Part shown: in pieces, positions 1 to 8,599 of the stretch
Layout of the letters: every line of letters starts with the position of its first letter
How positions within the stretch are numbered: position 1 is the first letter of the stretch
NCBI GenBank assembly: GCA_964477485.1
Contig: CAYZEE010000001.1
Span: 1-58,903 of the forward strand
DNA from: an uncultured Gammaproteobacteria bacterium
Lineage (GTDB): Bacteria; Patescibacteriota; Microgenomatia; Levybacterales; UBA12049
Direction of reading: 5' to 3'
Length of the DNA stretch: 58,903 bases
Translations under genes and position numbers: made by a program
The notes under the pieces: generated by a model
Told to the model about the DNA's origin: nothing
The model's input: only the letters and a program-made list of their open reading frames with translations
Database searches by the model: none

Positions 1-1
1 T

Positions 2-331
2 GTTAGAATTTTTATAAAAAAAAGAATTAGGCTTGAAATTTTCGTAGTACTTTCTGTTTTATTTTTTCTGATCGAGCATCTTCCATATTTTAATTTAATT
101 ATTTCTTTCCCAACAAATTATTTAATTTTATTTATTCTGGCAGTAATTTTATTTGATATAAAAAAAGAAAAAATATTAGTAATTAATTTAATACTATATG
201 GAATAGCATTACTATGTACATTAGTTCATAAGGATTACGTAGCAGAATCGGTCGGAAATGGTGTTTATTTTCTTATGATAATTATTGCTTTTTATTACAT
301 AAAAGATTTATGGAAAACAAAAACCGAATAA
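2..331 (+). CDS. C-terminal fragment of a polytopic membrane protein (5' end outside window)
   Basis: Frame 2 is open from the window edge to TAA at 329-331. There is no start in the window, so it is absent from the ORF track. The translation is strongly hydrophobic (..LSVLFFLIEHLPYFNLIISFPTNYLILFILAVILF..GIALLCTLV..VYFLMIIIAFYYIK). Confidence 0.4.
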   Translation, partial: VRIFIKKRIRLEIFVVLSVLFFLIEHLPYFNLIISFPTNYLILFILAVILFDIKKEKILVINLILYGIALLCTLVHKDYVAESVGNGVYFLMIIIAFYYIKDLWKTKTE

Positions 332-918
332 TACGCAATGCTTTTAATAATAAAGGTTTATTAGAGATATTTTACTGTTCATGCGGTCTAGTTCTTAATA
401 AAGGACTATCTATCATGAAAATCACTCTTTTGAGATTAAGAGGTTATAGAATAGACTATTCAGTAGTTTTAGGCGGTGATAATACTTTTTTTCAGACAAC
501 TAAGCGTGCAATTTCAATTGGCAAAAATTCTCGTCTTGGAAAACATACGAGAGTTAGCGCAGGTTTTTCGGGGGAAATTGCTATCGATAAAAATGTTTTG
601 CTGGATGATTCTTCTTATATTATGGCACAAGGTAAAATATCAATAGGTGAAAATACAATTATTGCAGCCTTTTGTTATATAGTTGATTTTAACCACAACT
701 ATAACGATTTAAAAACCCCAATTGTTCAGCAAGGTTATACTTTTTCACCAATTACCATAGAGGAAAATGTATGGATAGGAACACATGTGGTTATACTGCC
801 TGGAGTAACAATTGGAAAAGGTTCGGTAATCGGAGCAGGATCAATTGTAACAAAAAGTATTAAACCATATTCGATTGCGGTAGGTAATCCAGCGAAAGTT
901 ATTAAACAACGGACATGA
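310..918 (+). CDS. Hexapeptide-repeat (left-handed beta-helix) sugar O-acetyltransferase
   Basis: C-terminal half carries typical LbH repeats (IGENTIIAAFCYIVD .. VWIGTHVVILPGVTIGKGSVIGAGSIVTKSI.PYSIAVGNPAKVI). ATGA overlap with the next gene. An alternative start at ATG 415 is possible. Confidence 0.8.
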   Translation: MENKNRIIRNAFNNKGLLEIFYCSCGLVLNKGLSIMKITLLRLRGYRIDYSVVLGGDNTFFQTTKRAISIGKNSRLGKHTRVSAGFSGEIAIDKNVLLDDSSYIMAQGKISIGENTIIAAFCYIVDFNHNYNDLKTPIVQQGYTFSPITIEENVWIGTHVVILPGVTIGKGSVIGAGSIVTKSIKPYSIAVGNPAKVIKQRT

Positions 919-3900
919 AATCTTTGCGCAAAAATATATTTCTTTTAATTATATTTTCCGTTTTATTATTTATTTACAAAAATTGGTTTACCAAGGGGTT
1001 ATTGAGCGCGCCGGATTTACCATATTATTTTCCCGAAAGATTGAGAGATTTTTCATGGCAGCCTTACGCATGGTCAAACGTATTAGGCAATGGATTAGGG
1101 GGCAATACGCTTATAACTTTATATCTTAATACATATCTAAGCCTAGGAGTTCAGTTTCTTCTTTTTTTCTTGCGTATACCATGGTCAATTACATTACGGA
1201 TGCTTTTTTTCTGGCCATTTCTTGTTATCGGTACTTTTTCTTCTTTTCTTTTAACCAATACCATTATTAAAAATAAAAATTTTGCTGTTTTTGGTGTGCT
1301 TATTTATATGACTAATACCTATATTTTAATGATGATTGGCGGAGGACAAATGGGAATAGCTATGGCATATTCCATTGCACCATTGGTGTTGTACGGTTTT
1401 TTTTATTTAATAAACAAGAGTATAAAGATAAAAAATATAGTTTGGTATTCGCTGGTTTTATCACTTTTAACTGTATTTGACTTAAGGATTACATATATAA
1501 TTTTAATCTCTGTAATAATATATTGGGTGTTTGATTTGCTTAAGGCAAAAAAATTGAATCAAGCATTGCGATCCTTCATTTTTATTTTTATTATTCCCGG
1601 AATTATTACAATTTTTTTTCAGTCTTTCTGGCTTTTGCCATTAATTTTGGGAAGGCAGTCTCCCGCGGCAGAATTAGGCAGTGCTTACACTTCATTGAAA
1701 TCAGTGAAATTTTTCAGCTTCGCGAAATTTGAGCAAACAATTTCTATTCTTAGTCCATTTTGGCCGGAGAATATTTTTGGCAAAGTAAGCTTTATGAAGC
1801 CGGAGTTTTTGATCCTGCCAGTCCTTGCGTATGCGTCACTTCTTTTTTTGAAGTCAAAATTAAAAAGTAAAAATTCAAAAGTACAAGTTAAAAGTAAAAA
1901 TTTTGAAGATAATTCAACAATTCAACAATTCAACAATTCAACAATTATCTATTTTGCTTTACTTGGTTTAATAGGTGCGTTTTTGGCAAAAGGGGCAAAT
2001 GATCCGCTTGGGGGAATATATCTTTGGTGTTTTACGCATGTTCCTGGATTTATTATGTTTAGGGATCCGACAAAATGGTATACATTAGTGGTAATAAGTT
2101 ATTCTGTTTTAATTCCTTTTAGTATTTGGAAGATTTATGGGTACTTAAAGTCAAAAGTCAAAAGTCAAAAGTCAGAAATACAAGTAAAAATTCAAAATCT
2201 TATACCACATGCATTCTTAATGCTTGCTACTTTATACTTAATACTTCTTATTATGCCCGCGTGGACGGGGCAGTTGGTCGGAACGTTTAAAAAACTTTCT
2301 ATTCCATCGGATTATGTTAAATTTGGGCAGTTGGTATCATCGAAATCCAACTTTAGCCGTATTTTAGTTGTTCCCTGGAGGAACCGTTTTGTTTTTGAAT
2401 CAGAGAACCATCCTATTTTAGATGCAAGTACAGTATTTAATACCACAGATATTAATAATATAGGGAAAATGATGAAAGCCCCAGAAACGATTGGAATATT
2501 GGAAAAATTAGCGGTTAAATATATTGTTATTCCGGATGATTTCACTAAAGAAATATTTTTATCCAATAGAACTTATGACGTACAAAAAAAACGGGCAATT
2601 GAAAATGTGCTAGATAGCATACAGTATTTAAATAAAGATAAAGCCTTTAAGGGTTTAACAGTATATGAATTTAATAAATCTTATGGACTTTTTTATTCTA
2701 CGTTATCAAATGGAATTTCTGTTTCACATAGTTCATATAAAATAAATCCTGTTACATATACAGTAGATATTAATACTTTGGAAAGACCCATAAAGGTAAT
2801 ATTTTCTCAGGTATATGATTCAAACTGGGTGCTGTGGGACGGCGGTAAAATTATTCCCAGTAAAAAAACAAGCGATGGACTAAACAGTTTTGCTTTGACT
2901 TCTTTAATCACAAATCAAGTAACCGTTTATTACAAAAACCAGAGAGCATTAAATACTGGAATTTTTATATCTTTAAGTTTATTGCTTATCTTAATTGTAT
3001 TTTTTTATATAAAAATCACTAAGCGATTTAAGTTAGGTAAAAAATTTCATTTAATAATACTGTTGATCATTTTATCCGTTTTATTCCTCTTAAAGCCTAA
3101 AGATAATAGCAAAAATATCTTAAGCAATAAAAGTATTTGGTTCTCAAAAGACTGGAAAGTATTAAAAAACCCCTTTGTGAAAGGAGAAATGATTCTGTCA
3201 AGATATGGTGGAGACGAGACAAGATTTAACATAGCGAACACTAAAAGTATAAGTTTTAAAGTAACTAGTTCAAATGATTACAACAATGCACAAGGAATGA
3301 AAGTTTCTGTAGATGGAAAAAATTATGAATTGACAACGCCGAATATTGACAAAAAGAAGTTAAGAGTAATTTTAGATAACTCCAATAGTTCAAAAAAACA
3401 CAGCGTTATAATAATGCATTGGTGCGGAGGTTCGTATTCCGCATGTGATTTAGCCTTAAGGAAAATTGATGTTGATAATAAAGCAGTTATAACTCCGTCG
3501 GGTAGCGTACCGAAAAAAACGTTGGCAATACTCGGTGATTCTATTTCCGTATCGTGGGGCGATAGTAATTTTACCTATTTATTAGCAGACAAATTGGGGT
3601 ATCAATTGCACAACGCCGGTTTTTTTGGTATGTCTGTTTCTGAGGTTCCAGGTTGGCAATCAGGTCTTAGGCAGTATTACGATGACATAGTTTTATTTAA
3701 ACCCGATGTAATTTTAGTATATTTGGGTACAAATGATTTAGGTCACAAAGTACCGATTGGGATGTTTCGCAATGACTATGAAAAGTTAATTAGAGGCATC
3801 AAAGATGGAAGCCTAACTTCAAAAATTATTTTAGTTGGATTATTAAGGCGGGGAGACTATAGCTCTAATCAGGTTTTGGCTTATAGCGATATAATTCAAA

Positions 3901-4073
3901 AAATAGCAGAAGACAATAAGCTCGTATATCTGAATCCTTATACTTGGCTCGATGAAACTGATTTAAAGGACGGTCTTCATCCTGCTTTAGGAAGTCAAGC
4001 AAAGTTTGCTGATGAATTCTACAAGAACTTGTATCCAATTTTAATTTCGAAGAAAAATAAGGACAAACAGTGA
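915..4073 (+). CDS. 1052-aa polytopic GT-C-like membrane protein fused to a C-terminal SGNH/GDSL hydrolase domain
   Basis: About 12 N-terminal TM segments, an extracytoplasmic middle part, then 2 more TM segments (GIFISLSLLLILIVFFYIKI, HLIILLIILSVLFLL) and a beta-rich domain. The SGNH block I motif LAILGDSIS has its Ser codon at 3540-3542. The block V motif DGLHP has its His codon at 3978-3980. Confidence 0.8.
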   Translation: MKSLRKNIFLLIIFSVLLFIYKNWFTKGLLSAPDLPYYFPERLRDFSWQPYAWSNVLGNGLGGNTLITLYLNTYLSLGVQFLLFFLRIPWSITLRMLFFWPFLVIGTFSSFLLTNTIIKNKNFAVFGVLIYMTNTYILMMIGGGQMGIAMAYSIAPLVLYGFFYLINKSIKIKNIVWYSLVLSLLTVFDLRITYIILISVIIYWVFDLLKAKKLNQALRSFIFIFIIPGIITIFFQSFWLLPLILGRQSPAAELGSAYTSLKSVKFFSFAKFEQTISILSPFWPENIFGKVSFMKPEFLILPVLAYASLLFLKSKLKSKNSKVQVKSKNFEDNSTIQQFNNSTIIYFALLGLIGAFLAKGANDPLGGIYLWCFTHVPGFIMFRDPTKWYTLVVISYSVLIPFSIWKIYGYLKSKVKSQKSEIQVKIQNLIPHAFLMLATLYLILLIMPAWTGQLVGTFKKLSIPSDYVKFGQLVSSKSNFSRILVVPWRNRFVFESENHPILDASTVFNTTDINNIGKMMKAPETIGILEKLAVKYIVIPDDFTKEIFLSNRTYDVQKKRAIENVLDSIQYLNKDKAFKGLTVYEFNKSYGLFYSTLSNGISVSHSSYKINPVTYTVDINTLERPIKVIFSQVYDSNWVLWDGGKIIPSKKTSDGLNSFALTSLITNQVTVYYKNQRALNTGIFISLSLLLILIVFFYIKITKRFKLGKKFHLIILLIILSVLFLLKPKDNSKNILSNKSIWFSKDWKVLKNPFVKGEMILSRYGGDETRFNIANTKSISFKVTSSNDYNNAQGMKVSVDGKNYELTTPNIDKKKLRVILDNSNSSKKHSVIIMHWCGGSYSACDLALRKIDVDNKAVITPSGSVPKKTLAILGDSISVSWGDSNFTYLLADKLGYQLHNAGFFGMSVSEVPGWQSGLRQYYDDIVLFKPDVILVYLGTNDLGHKVPIGMFRNDYEKLIRGIKDGSLTSKIILVGLLRRGDYSSNQVLAYSDIIQKIAEDNKLVYLNPYTWLDETDLKDGLHPALGSQAKFADEFYKNLYPILISKKNKDKQ
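1851..1899. repeat. Degenerate A-rich heptanucleotide array (AARTNAA x7), in frame
   Basis: Read directly: aagtcaa aattaaa aagtaaa aattcaa aagtaca agttaaa agtaaaa. Encodes KSKLKSKNSKVQVKSKN. Confidence 0.8.
1911..1946. repeat. Perfect octanucleotide tandem repeat AATTCAAC x4.5, in frame
   Basis: Read directly: aattcaac x4 followed by aatt. Encodes NSTIQQFNNSTI. Confidence 0.95.
2147..2174. repeat. Perfect heptanucleotide tandem repeat AAAGTCA x4, in frame
   Basis: Read directly. Encodes KSKVKSQKS inside the 915..4073 CDS. Confidence 0.95.
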
Positions 4074-4282
4074 CTTAGAATATATTTTTTAATTGCAGGA
4101 GTGATTAACCAACTTTTTGAGACTAATAAAAAATATAAAAGATAATTCCCACTCTTTAAGGAGATAAAAGTGAAGATTAGAACTAGTATCGAATCTGTTT
4201 AGTTTTTTAAGTTGGCATTTATTCAAACAAAGATTCCAAAAAGTGCGTGACTCGTACACATATTTTGTCTGTGTTACAAAAA

Positions 4283-4291
4283 TGATAAAAT
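4283..4291 (+). promoter_or_regulatory. Extended -10 promoter element (TGaTAAAAT), 6 nt upstream of ATG 4298; leaderless-type arrangement
   Basis: TGATAAAAT at 4283-4291, then aggtat, then ATG. No SD is present and the -35 is weak. Confidence 0.4.
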
Positions 4292-4297
4292 AGGTAT

Positions 4298-5233
4298 ATG
4301 TTGAGTTTTATTATCCCTGTTTACGATGAGGAAGAAAGCATTAGCGCTTTATATAAAGAGCTTATTAGTAGTCTATTAAAACTTAAAGAGGGTTTTGAAG
4401 TACTTTTTATTGATGACGGTTCAACAGATAACACCTTAAATATTCTTAAAACTTTTAACGCTAAAAATAAGAATATTCGCCTATTTTCGTTTCGTAGGAA
4501 TCAGGGCAAGGCTGAAGCTTTGACGCTAGGTTTTGCGAAAGCAAAAGGCGATCTGATTGTGACCTTGGATGCAGATCTTCAGGATAGACCCGATCAAATA
4601 GAAAAACTTATAAAAAAACAAAGGGAAGGATGGGATTTGGTTTCGGGATGGAGAAAAAACCGCAAGGATACTTTGCCAAAGAAAATATCTTCGGCTTTTT
4701 TTAATATTCTTGCTTCGATTTTTTGGGGCCTTAATCTTCATGATTATAATTGCGGATTAAAACTTTACTCCAAAGAGGCCGCCAAATCACTGCGGCTATA
4801 TGGAGGAACGTATCGTTTTATTCCTCTCCTCTTGCATGAACAGGGATTCAGGGTTTCGGAAATACCCATAGTACATGATAACAGAAAATACGGTAAGTCA
4901 AAATATGGAATATCAAAAGTCATTAAAGATATCCCCGACATGTTTACCATGCTGTTTTTAAGTAAGTACAGCAAAAAGCCTTTGCATTTTTTTGGAGCAA
5001 TCGGATTTGTTCTTCTTATTATCGGTTTTATAATCTTAGGTTACCTTTCGGTTTTGCGTTTTATGGGAGAAGCGATTGGAAGAAGACCACTCCTTTTTCT
5101 AGGAATGCTTTTGGTGATTTCGGGGCTTCAGGTATTTTTTACAGGATTCTTGGCCGATCTTATGATTCACATAATGGAGGGATCCCGGTCAAAAGGCTAT
5201 GAAAATTTAAATTTAAAATACTCAAGCGAATAA
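4298..5233 (+). CDS. GT2 polyprenyl-phosphate glycosyltransferase (Ppm1/DPM1/ArnC-like) with C-terminal TM helices
   Basis: SFIIPVYDEE..., FIDDGSTDNT and VTLDADLQD (DXD) motifs. Two C-terminal TM segments, as in polyprenyl-P-mannose/glucose synthases. Confidence 0.85.
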   Translation: MLSFIIPVYDEEESISALYKELISSLLKLKEGFEVLFIDDGSTDNTLNILKTFNAKNKNIRLFSFRRNQGKAEALTLGFAKAKGDLIVTLDADLQDRPDQIEKLIKKQREGWDLVSGWRKNRKDTLPKKISSAFFNILASIFWGLNLHDYNCGLKLYSKEAAKSLRLYGGTYRFIPLLLHEQGFRVSEIPIVHDNRKYGKSKYGISKVIKDIPDMFTMLFLSKYSKKPLHFFGAIGFVLLIIGFIILGYLSVLRFMGEAIGRRPLLFLGMLLVISGLQVFFTGFLADLMIHIMEGSRSKGYENLNLKYSSE

Positions 5234-5236
5234 TTT

Positions 5237-5458
5237 ATGAAGCCACAGGACATTATTTTTTTAGCGGTCTTTTTATTCTCAATTTTTAAGAATAATCCAA
5301 AATTTCCGGCAATATCAGGATTAATTTGTCTTATTGCATCTATACCATTATTTTCTTTTTGGATATTTTTTACAGCCGAGAGGTTGGTGATGTATGCTGC
5401 CGCCTTTTTTCTTCTATCAACAATTTTTTATATAATAGATTTAAAGAAACAAAAATAA
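5237..5458 (+). CDS. Small (73 aa) integral membrane protein, function unknown
   Basis: Three hydrophobic segments. Tightly packed between the polyprenyl-P GT and the next GT, so possibly a small partner subunit (speculative). Confidence 0.5.
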   Translation: MKPQDIIFLAVFLFSIFKNNPKFPAISGLICLIASIPLFSFWIFFTAERLVMYAAAFFLLSTIFYIIDLKKQK

Positions 5459-5998
5459 ATGAGAATTGGTATTGATATTAGTCAGCTGGCTTTTGGGAAT
5501 ACAGGTGTTGCGAACTATTTATCAAATTTAATTAAAAACTTACTAGAAATTGACAAAACGAATGAATACGTACTTTTTTTCTCAAGCCTGAGAAAAACAA
5601 TTCCCGCTTTCGTTAAAACTTCAGCGGGCAGGCAAAATTCAAAAGTTAAAATTAAAACTTTTAAAATTCCTCCAAGTTTTCTGGATATTTTATGGAACAA
5701 GCTTCATATAGTACCGGTTGAATGGTTTATCGGGAATGTTGATGTATTTATTACATCCGATTGGACCGAGCCTCCGGTAAAAAAAGCAAAAAAAGCAACC
5801 ATATTGTATGATTTGCTAATATTGAAATATCCTGAAGGAATGAATAAAAAAATTATACTGGTGCAGAAACAGAAATTAAATTGGGTAAAAAAAGAATCCG
5901 ATATTGTATTTTGTATTTCGGAATCAACGAAAAAGGATGCTATGAGCTTACTAGATATTTCAGAAAACAAACTTAAAGTTATTTATCCAGGAATTTAA
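5459..5998 (+). CDS. GT4-family glycosyltransferase, N-terminal Rossmann domain only (179 aa); truncated or split
   Basis: MRIGIDISQLAFGNTGVANY.. aligns with the N-termini of the GT4 genes at 15282 and 6000. It stops at ..KLKVIYPGI*, exactly at the interdomain linker. No C-terminal domain ORF follows. Confidence 0.6.
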   Translation: MRIGIDISQLAFGNTGVANYLSNLIKNLLEIDKTNEYVLFFSSLRKTIPAFVKTSAGRQNSKVKIKTFKIPPSFLDILWNKLHIVPVEWFIGNVDVFITSDWTEPPVKKAKKATILYDLLILKYPEGMNKKIILVQKQKLNWVKKESDIVFCISESTKKDAMSLLDISENKLKVIYPGI

Positions 5999-5999
5999 T

Positions 6000-7154
6000 A
6001 TGAAAATTGGAATAAATGGATACGAAGCAGTTATTCCGAGATTTGGATTTGGCCAAAAAACTGGTTTGCCAAATAGAGTTGGAAGCGGACGGTATTGTTA
6101 TGAGCTTCTTGTGGCATTAAATAAAATTGACAAAACAAATGATTATATTATTTATCTTCCCCAACAGCCTGCATCTGACTTGCCGAAAGAGTCAAATAAC
6201 TGGCATTACAAAGTTGTAACGCCCCGGAAACTTTGGACATTATTTGGATTATCTTTGGAGCTTTTAATTAAACGTCCGAGTCTTGATGTCTTTTTTTCTC
6301 CTACGCATTATCTGCCGTTTTTCGTGCCTTATGCGAGCGCAATTTCAATTTTAGACCTTTCTTATATTCGTTTTCCAGAACTTTTTAAAAAAAGAGATCT
6401 TTTTCAACTGAAATTTTGGACTGGATATTCAGTAAAAAGAGCAAAACGTATTTTTACCATAAGTCAGGCTTCCAAAGATGATATAATTAATCTATATAAA
6501 ATACCCAGCAAAAAAGTTGTAGTTACTTATCCAGGAGTAAGAAATGTTTCAGGTGAAATAAAGATGGGAAATGCAAAATTATTGAAAGAAAAGTACGATA
6601 TAGAAGGTGATTATATTCTTTTCATAGGTACTCTTCAACCTAGAAAAAATATCGTAAGACTTATTGAAGCGTTTGCTCGTCTGTCGCGCGTTGCAGATGA
6701 TCCCCGCACGCTCCAGTTAGTTATAGTTGGTAAAAAAGGGTGGATGTGGGAGGAAATTCTAGATGCGCCAGTAAAGTTTAACGTAGGAAAGAAGGTAAAA
6801 TTTTTGCATAATGTTCCAGATGAAGATTTGCCAGCTTTTTATAAAAACGCTTTATGTCTTGTTTTCCCGAGCCTATACGAAGGATTTGGTTTACCTGTTC
6901 TTGAGGCGATGAAATACGGATGTCCGGTGCTAACTAGCAACGTTTCGAGTTTGCCTGAGGTAGGAGGGGAAGCGGCTTTATATTTTGACCCCAAAGATGT
7001 TTCTGATATTGCGAAAAGAATAAAATCTGTAATTCAGGATTCAGAATTAAGGAAAAAATTGATTGAAAAGGGATATGAGCAGGTTAAAAAATTCAGCTGG
7101 GAGAAAGCGGCAAAAGAAACAATCGCTGTCTTAAGGCAAATGGGGAGCAGCTAG
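6000..7154 (+). CDS. GT4 glycosyltransferase (GT-B fold)
   Basis: Full two-domain GT4 with the C-terminal signature FPSLYEGFGLPVLEAMKYGCPVLTSNVSSLPEV. Confidence 0.85.
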   Translation: MKIGINGYEAVIPRFGFGQKTGLPNRVGSGRYCYELLVALNKIDKTNDYIIYLPQQPASDLPKESNNWHYKVVTPRKLWTLFGLSLELLIKRPSLDVFFSPTHYLPFFVPYASAISILDLSYIRFPELFKKRDLFQLKFWTGYSVKRAKRIFTISQASKDDIINLYKIPSKKVVVTYPGVRNVSGEIKMGNAKLLKEKYDIEGDYILFIGTLQPRKNIVRLIEAFARLSRVADDPRTLQLVIVGKKGWMWEEILDAPVKFNVGKKVKFLHNVPDEDLPAFYKNALCLVFPSLYEGFGLPVLEAMKYGCPVLTSNVSSLPEVGGEAALYFDPKDVSDIAKRIKSVIQDSELRKKLIEKGYEQVKKFSWEKAAKETIAVLRQMGSS

Positions 7155-7157
7155 ATT

Positions 7158-7718
7158 ATGATAATTTTCAAAAAAATATTAAACAGACTGGCAACAATAT
7201 CTTTGGAGTTCGGAGTTTTTATGCTTTATCTATCAGGGTTTATCCCCTCCCATAATATTCGAAGATTTTTTTATAGAATCTCGGGAATGAAAATCGGAAG
7301 TGGGTCATCAATTCATATGGGCGTAAGATTTTATAATCCTGGAAATATTTCAATAGGTAAAGATTCAATTATAGGAGAAGGTGCGGTATTGGATGGAAGA
7401 GATAAATTAATAATCGGAGATCATGTTGATGTTGCAACTGAAGTTATGATTTACAATGCAGAACATGACGTGCAAAGTTTGGATTTCCACGCCGTAACTT
7501 CCCCTGTTGTCATTGAGGATTACGTTTTTATTGGACCAAGAGTAATAATTTTACCCGGGGTAACAATCAAAAAGGGAGCAGTGATTGGAGCAGGTGCTGT
7601 AGTAACTAAAGATGTTGAAAAATTTACAATAGTCGGCGGAGTTCCGGCAAGGTCGATTGGAGAAAGGAAAAATAAAAGTCCTCAATATAAACTCGGTAGA
7701 GCGGCTTGGTTTCGTTAA
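7158..7718 (+). CDS. Hexapeptide-repeat acetyltransferase with N-terminal TM segment
   Basis: LbH repeats (IGKDSIIGEGAVLDG.., VFIGPRVIILPGVTIKKGAVIGAGAVVTKDV..VGGVPA). Confidence 0.85.
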   Translation: MIIFKKILNRLATISLEFGVFMLYLSGFIPSHNIRRFFYRISGMKIGSGSSIHMGVRFYNPGNISIGKDSIIGEGAVLDGRDKLIIGDHVDVATEVMIYNAEHDVQSLDFHAVTSPVVIEDYVFIGPRVIILPGVTIKKGAVIGAGAVVTKDVEKFTIVGGVPARSIGERKNKSPQYKLGRAAWFR

Positions 7719-7721
7719 AAG

Positions 7722-8597
7722 ATGGTAAAATTGTCTATTGTCATTCTCACATACAATACGAAAGACTTAACTCTTAATTGCGTTGGGTCGGTAATAAAAC
7801 AATACGAAAAAGAACTTGAAAATAGCGAGTTTGAGATAATTCTGGTTGATAATAATTCAGCAGATGGAACCGTTGAGGTAGTTCGAAATTCGGATTTAGG
7901 AATTAAGAATTTTAAAATTATTCAGAATAACAAGAATTATGGTTTCAGTAAAGGAAATAACGTTGCTGCAAAAAATGCAAGAGGTAAATATTTATTATTC
8001 TTAAATTCCGATACGGAAGTTAAAGATAAGGGATTTTTAAGCATGATGGAATTTTTAGATAAAAACTTAAAAGTCGGTATTCTGGGAGGAAGGCTTTTGG
8101 GCGTAGGCGGTCTGTCTCAACCCTCAACTGGTTCTTTTTACAATCTTCCAAATCTATTTCTCATGCTTATCGGAGGAGAGAGGCTGGGGTTTATAAGATC
8201 ATCTCCTTCAGGGATATCAAAAGTTGATTGGGTTAGCGGAGCTTGTATGATGATTCGAGCAGAGCTTTTTGAAAATCTGAAAGGATTTGATGAGCATTTA
8301 TTTATGTATATGGAAGATGTTGAATTATGTTTCAGGGCAAAAAAAGGCGGATTTATGACATATTTTTTTCCAAATGTTCGCATAGTTCATAAAGAGCGCG
8401 GAAGCAGCAATAGAAATTTCGCTATTAATAATATTTATAAAGGGATCCTATTTTTCTACAAAAAACACAAAAGTTACTGGCAATATCTTTTGGCAAAACT
8501 TTTATTGACTCTTAAGGCAAAAGTTGCAATTATAATAGGAATAACAACTAATAATAATTATCTTAAGTCTACGTATAGGCAAGCTATAAAATTCTGA
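7722..8597 (+). CDS. GT2 glycosyltransferase (rhamnosyltransferase/WbbL-like)
   Basis: LSIVILTYNTKD, VDNNSADGT, FLNSDTEV (DXD-like) and YMEDVELCFR motifs. Confidence 0.85.
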   Translation: MVKLSIVILTYNTKDLTLNCVGSVIKQYEKELENSEFEIILVDNNSADGTVEVVRNSDLGIKNFKIIQNNKNYGFSKGNNVAAKNARGKYLLFLNSDTEVKDKGFLSMMEFLDKNLKVGILGGRLLGVGGLSQPSTGSFYNLPNLFLMLIGGERLGFIRSSPSGISKVDWVSGACMMIRAELFENLKGFDEHLFMYMEDVELCFRAKKGGFMTYFFPNVRIVHKERGSSNRNFAINNIYKGILFFYKKHKSYWQYLLAKLLLTLKAKVAIIIGITTNNNYLKSTYRQAIKF

Positions 8598-8599
8598 TT

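Noticed and set aside
4158-4202. A mini-ORF (GTG 4170 .. TAG 4202, 10 codons) preceded by a good SD (AAGGAG at 4158-4163), in the 224-nt gap before the polyprenyl-P GT gene.
   Set aside because: It is too short to support from sequence alone and has no conservation information. It could be a chance occurrence in AT-rich DNA.
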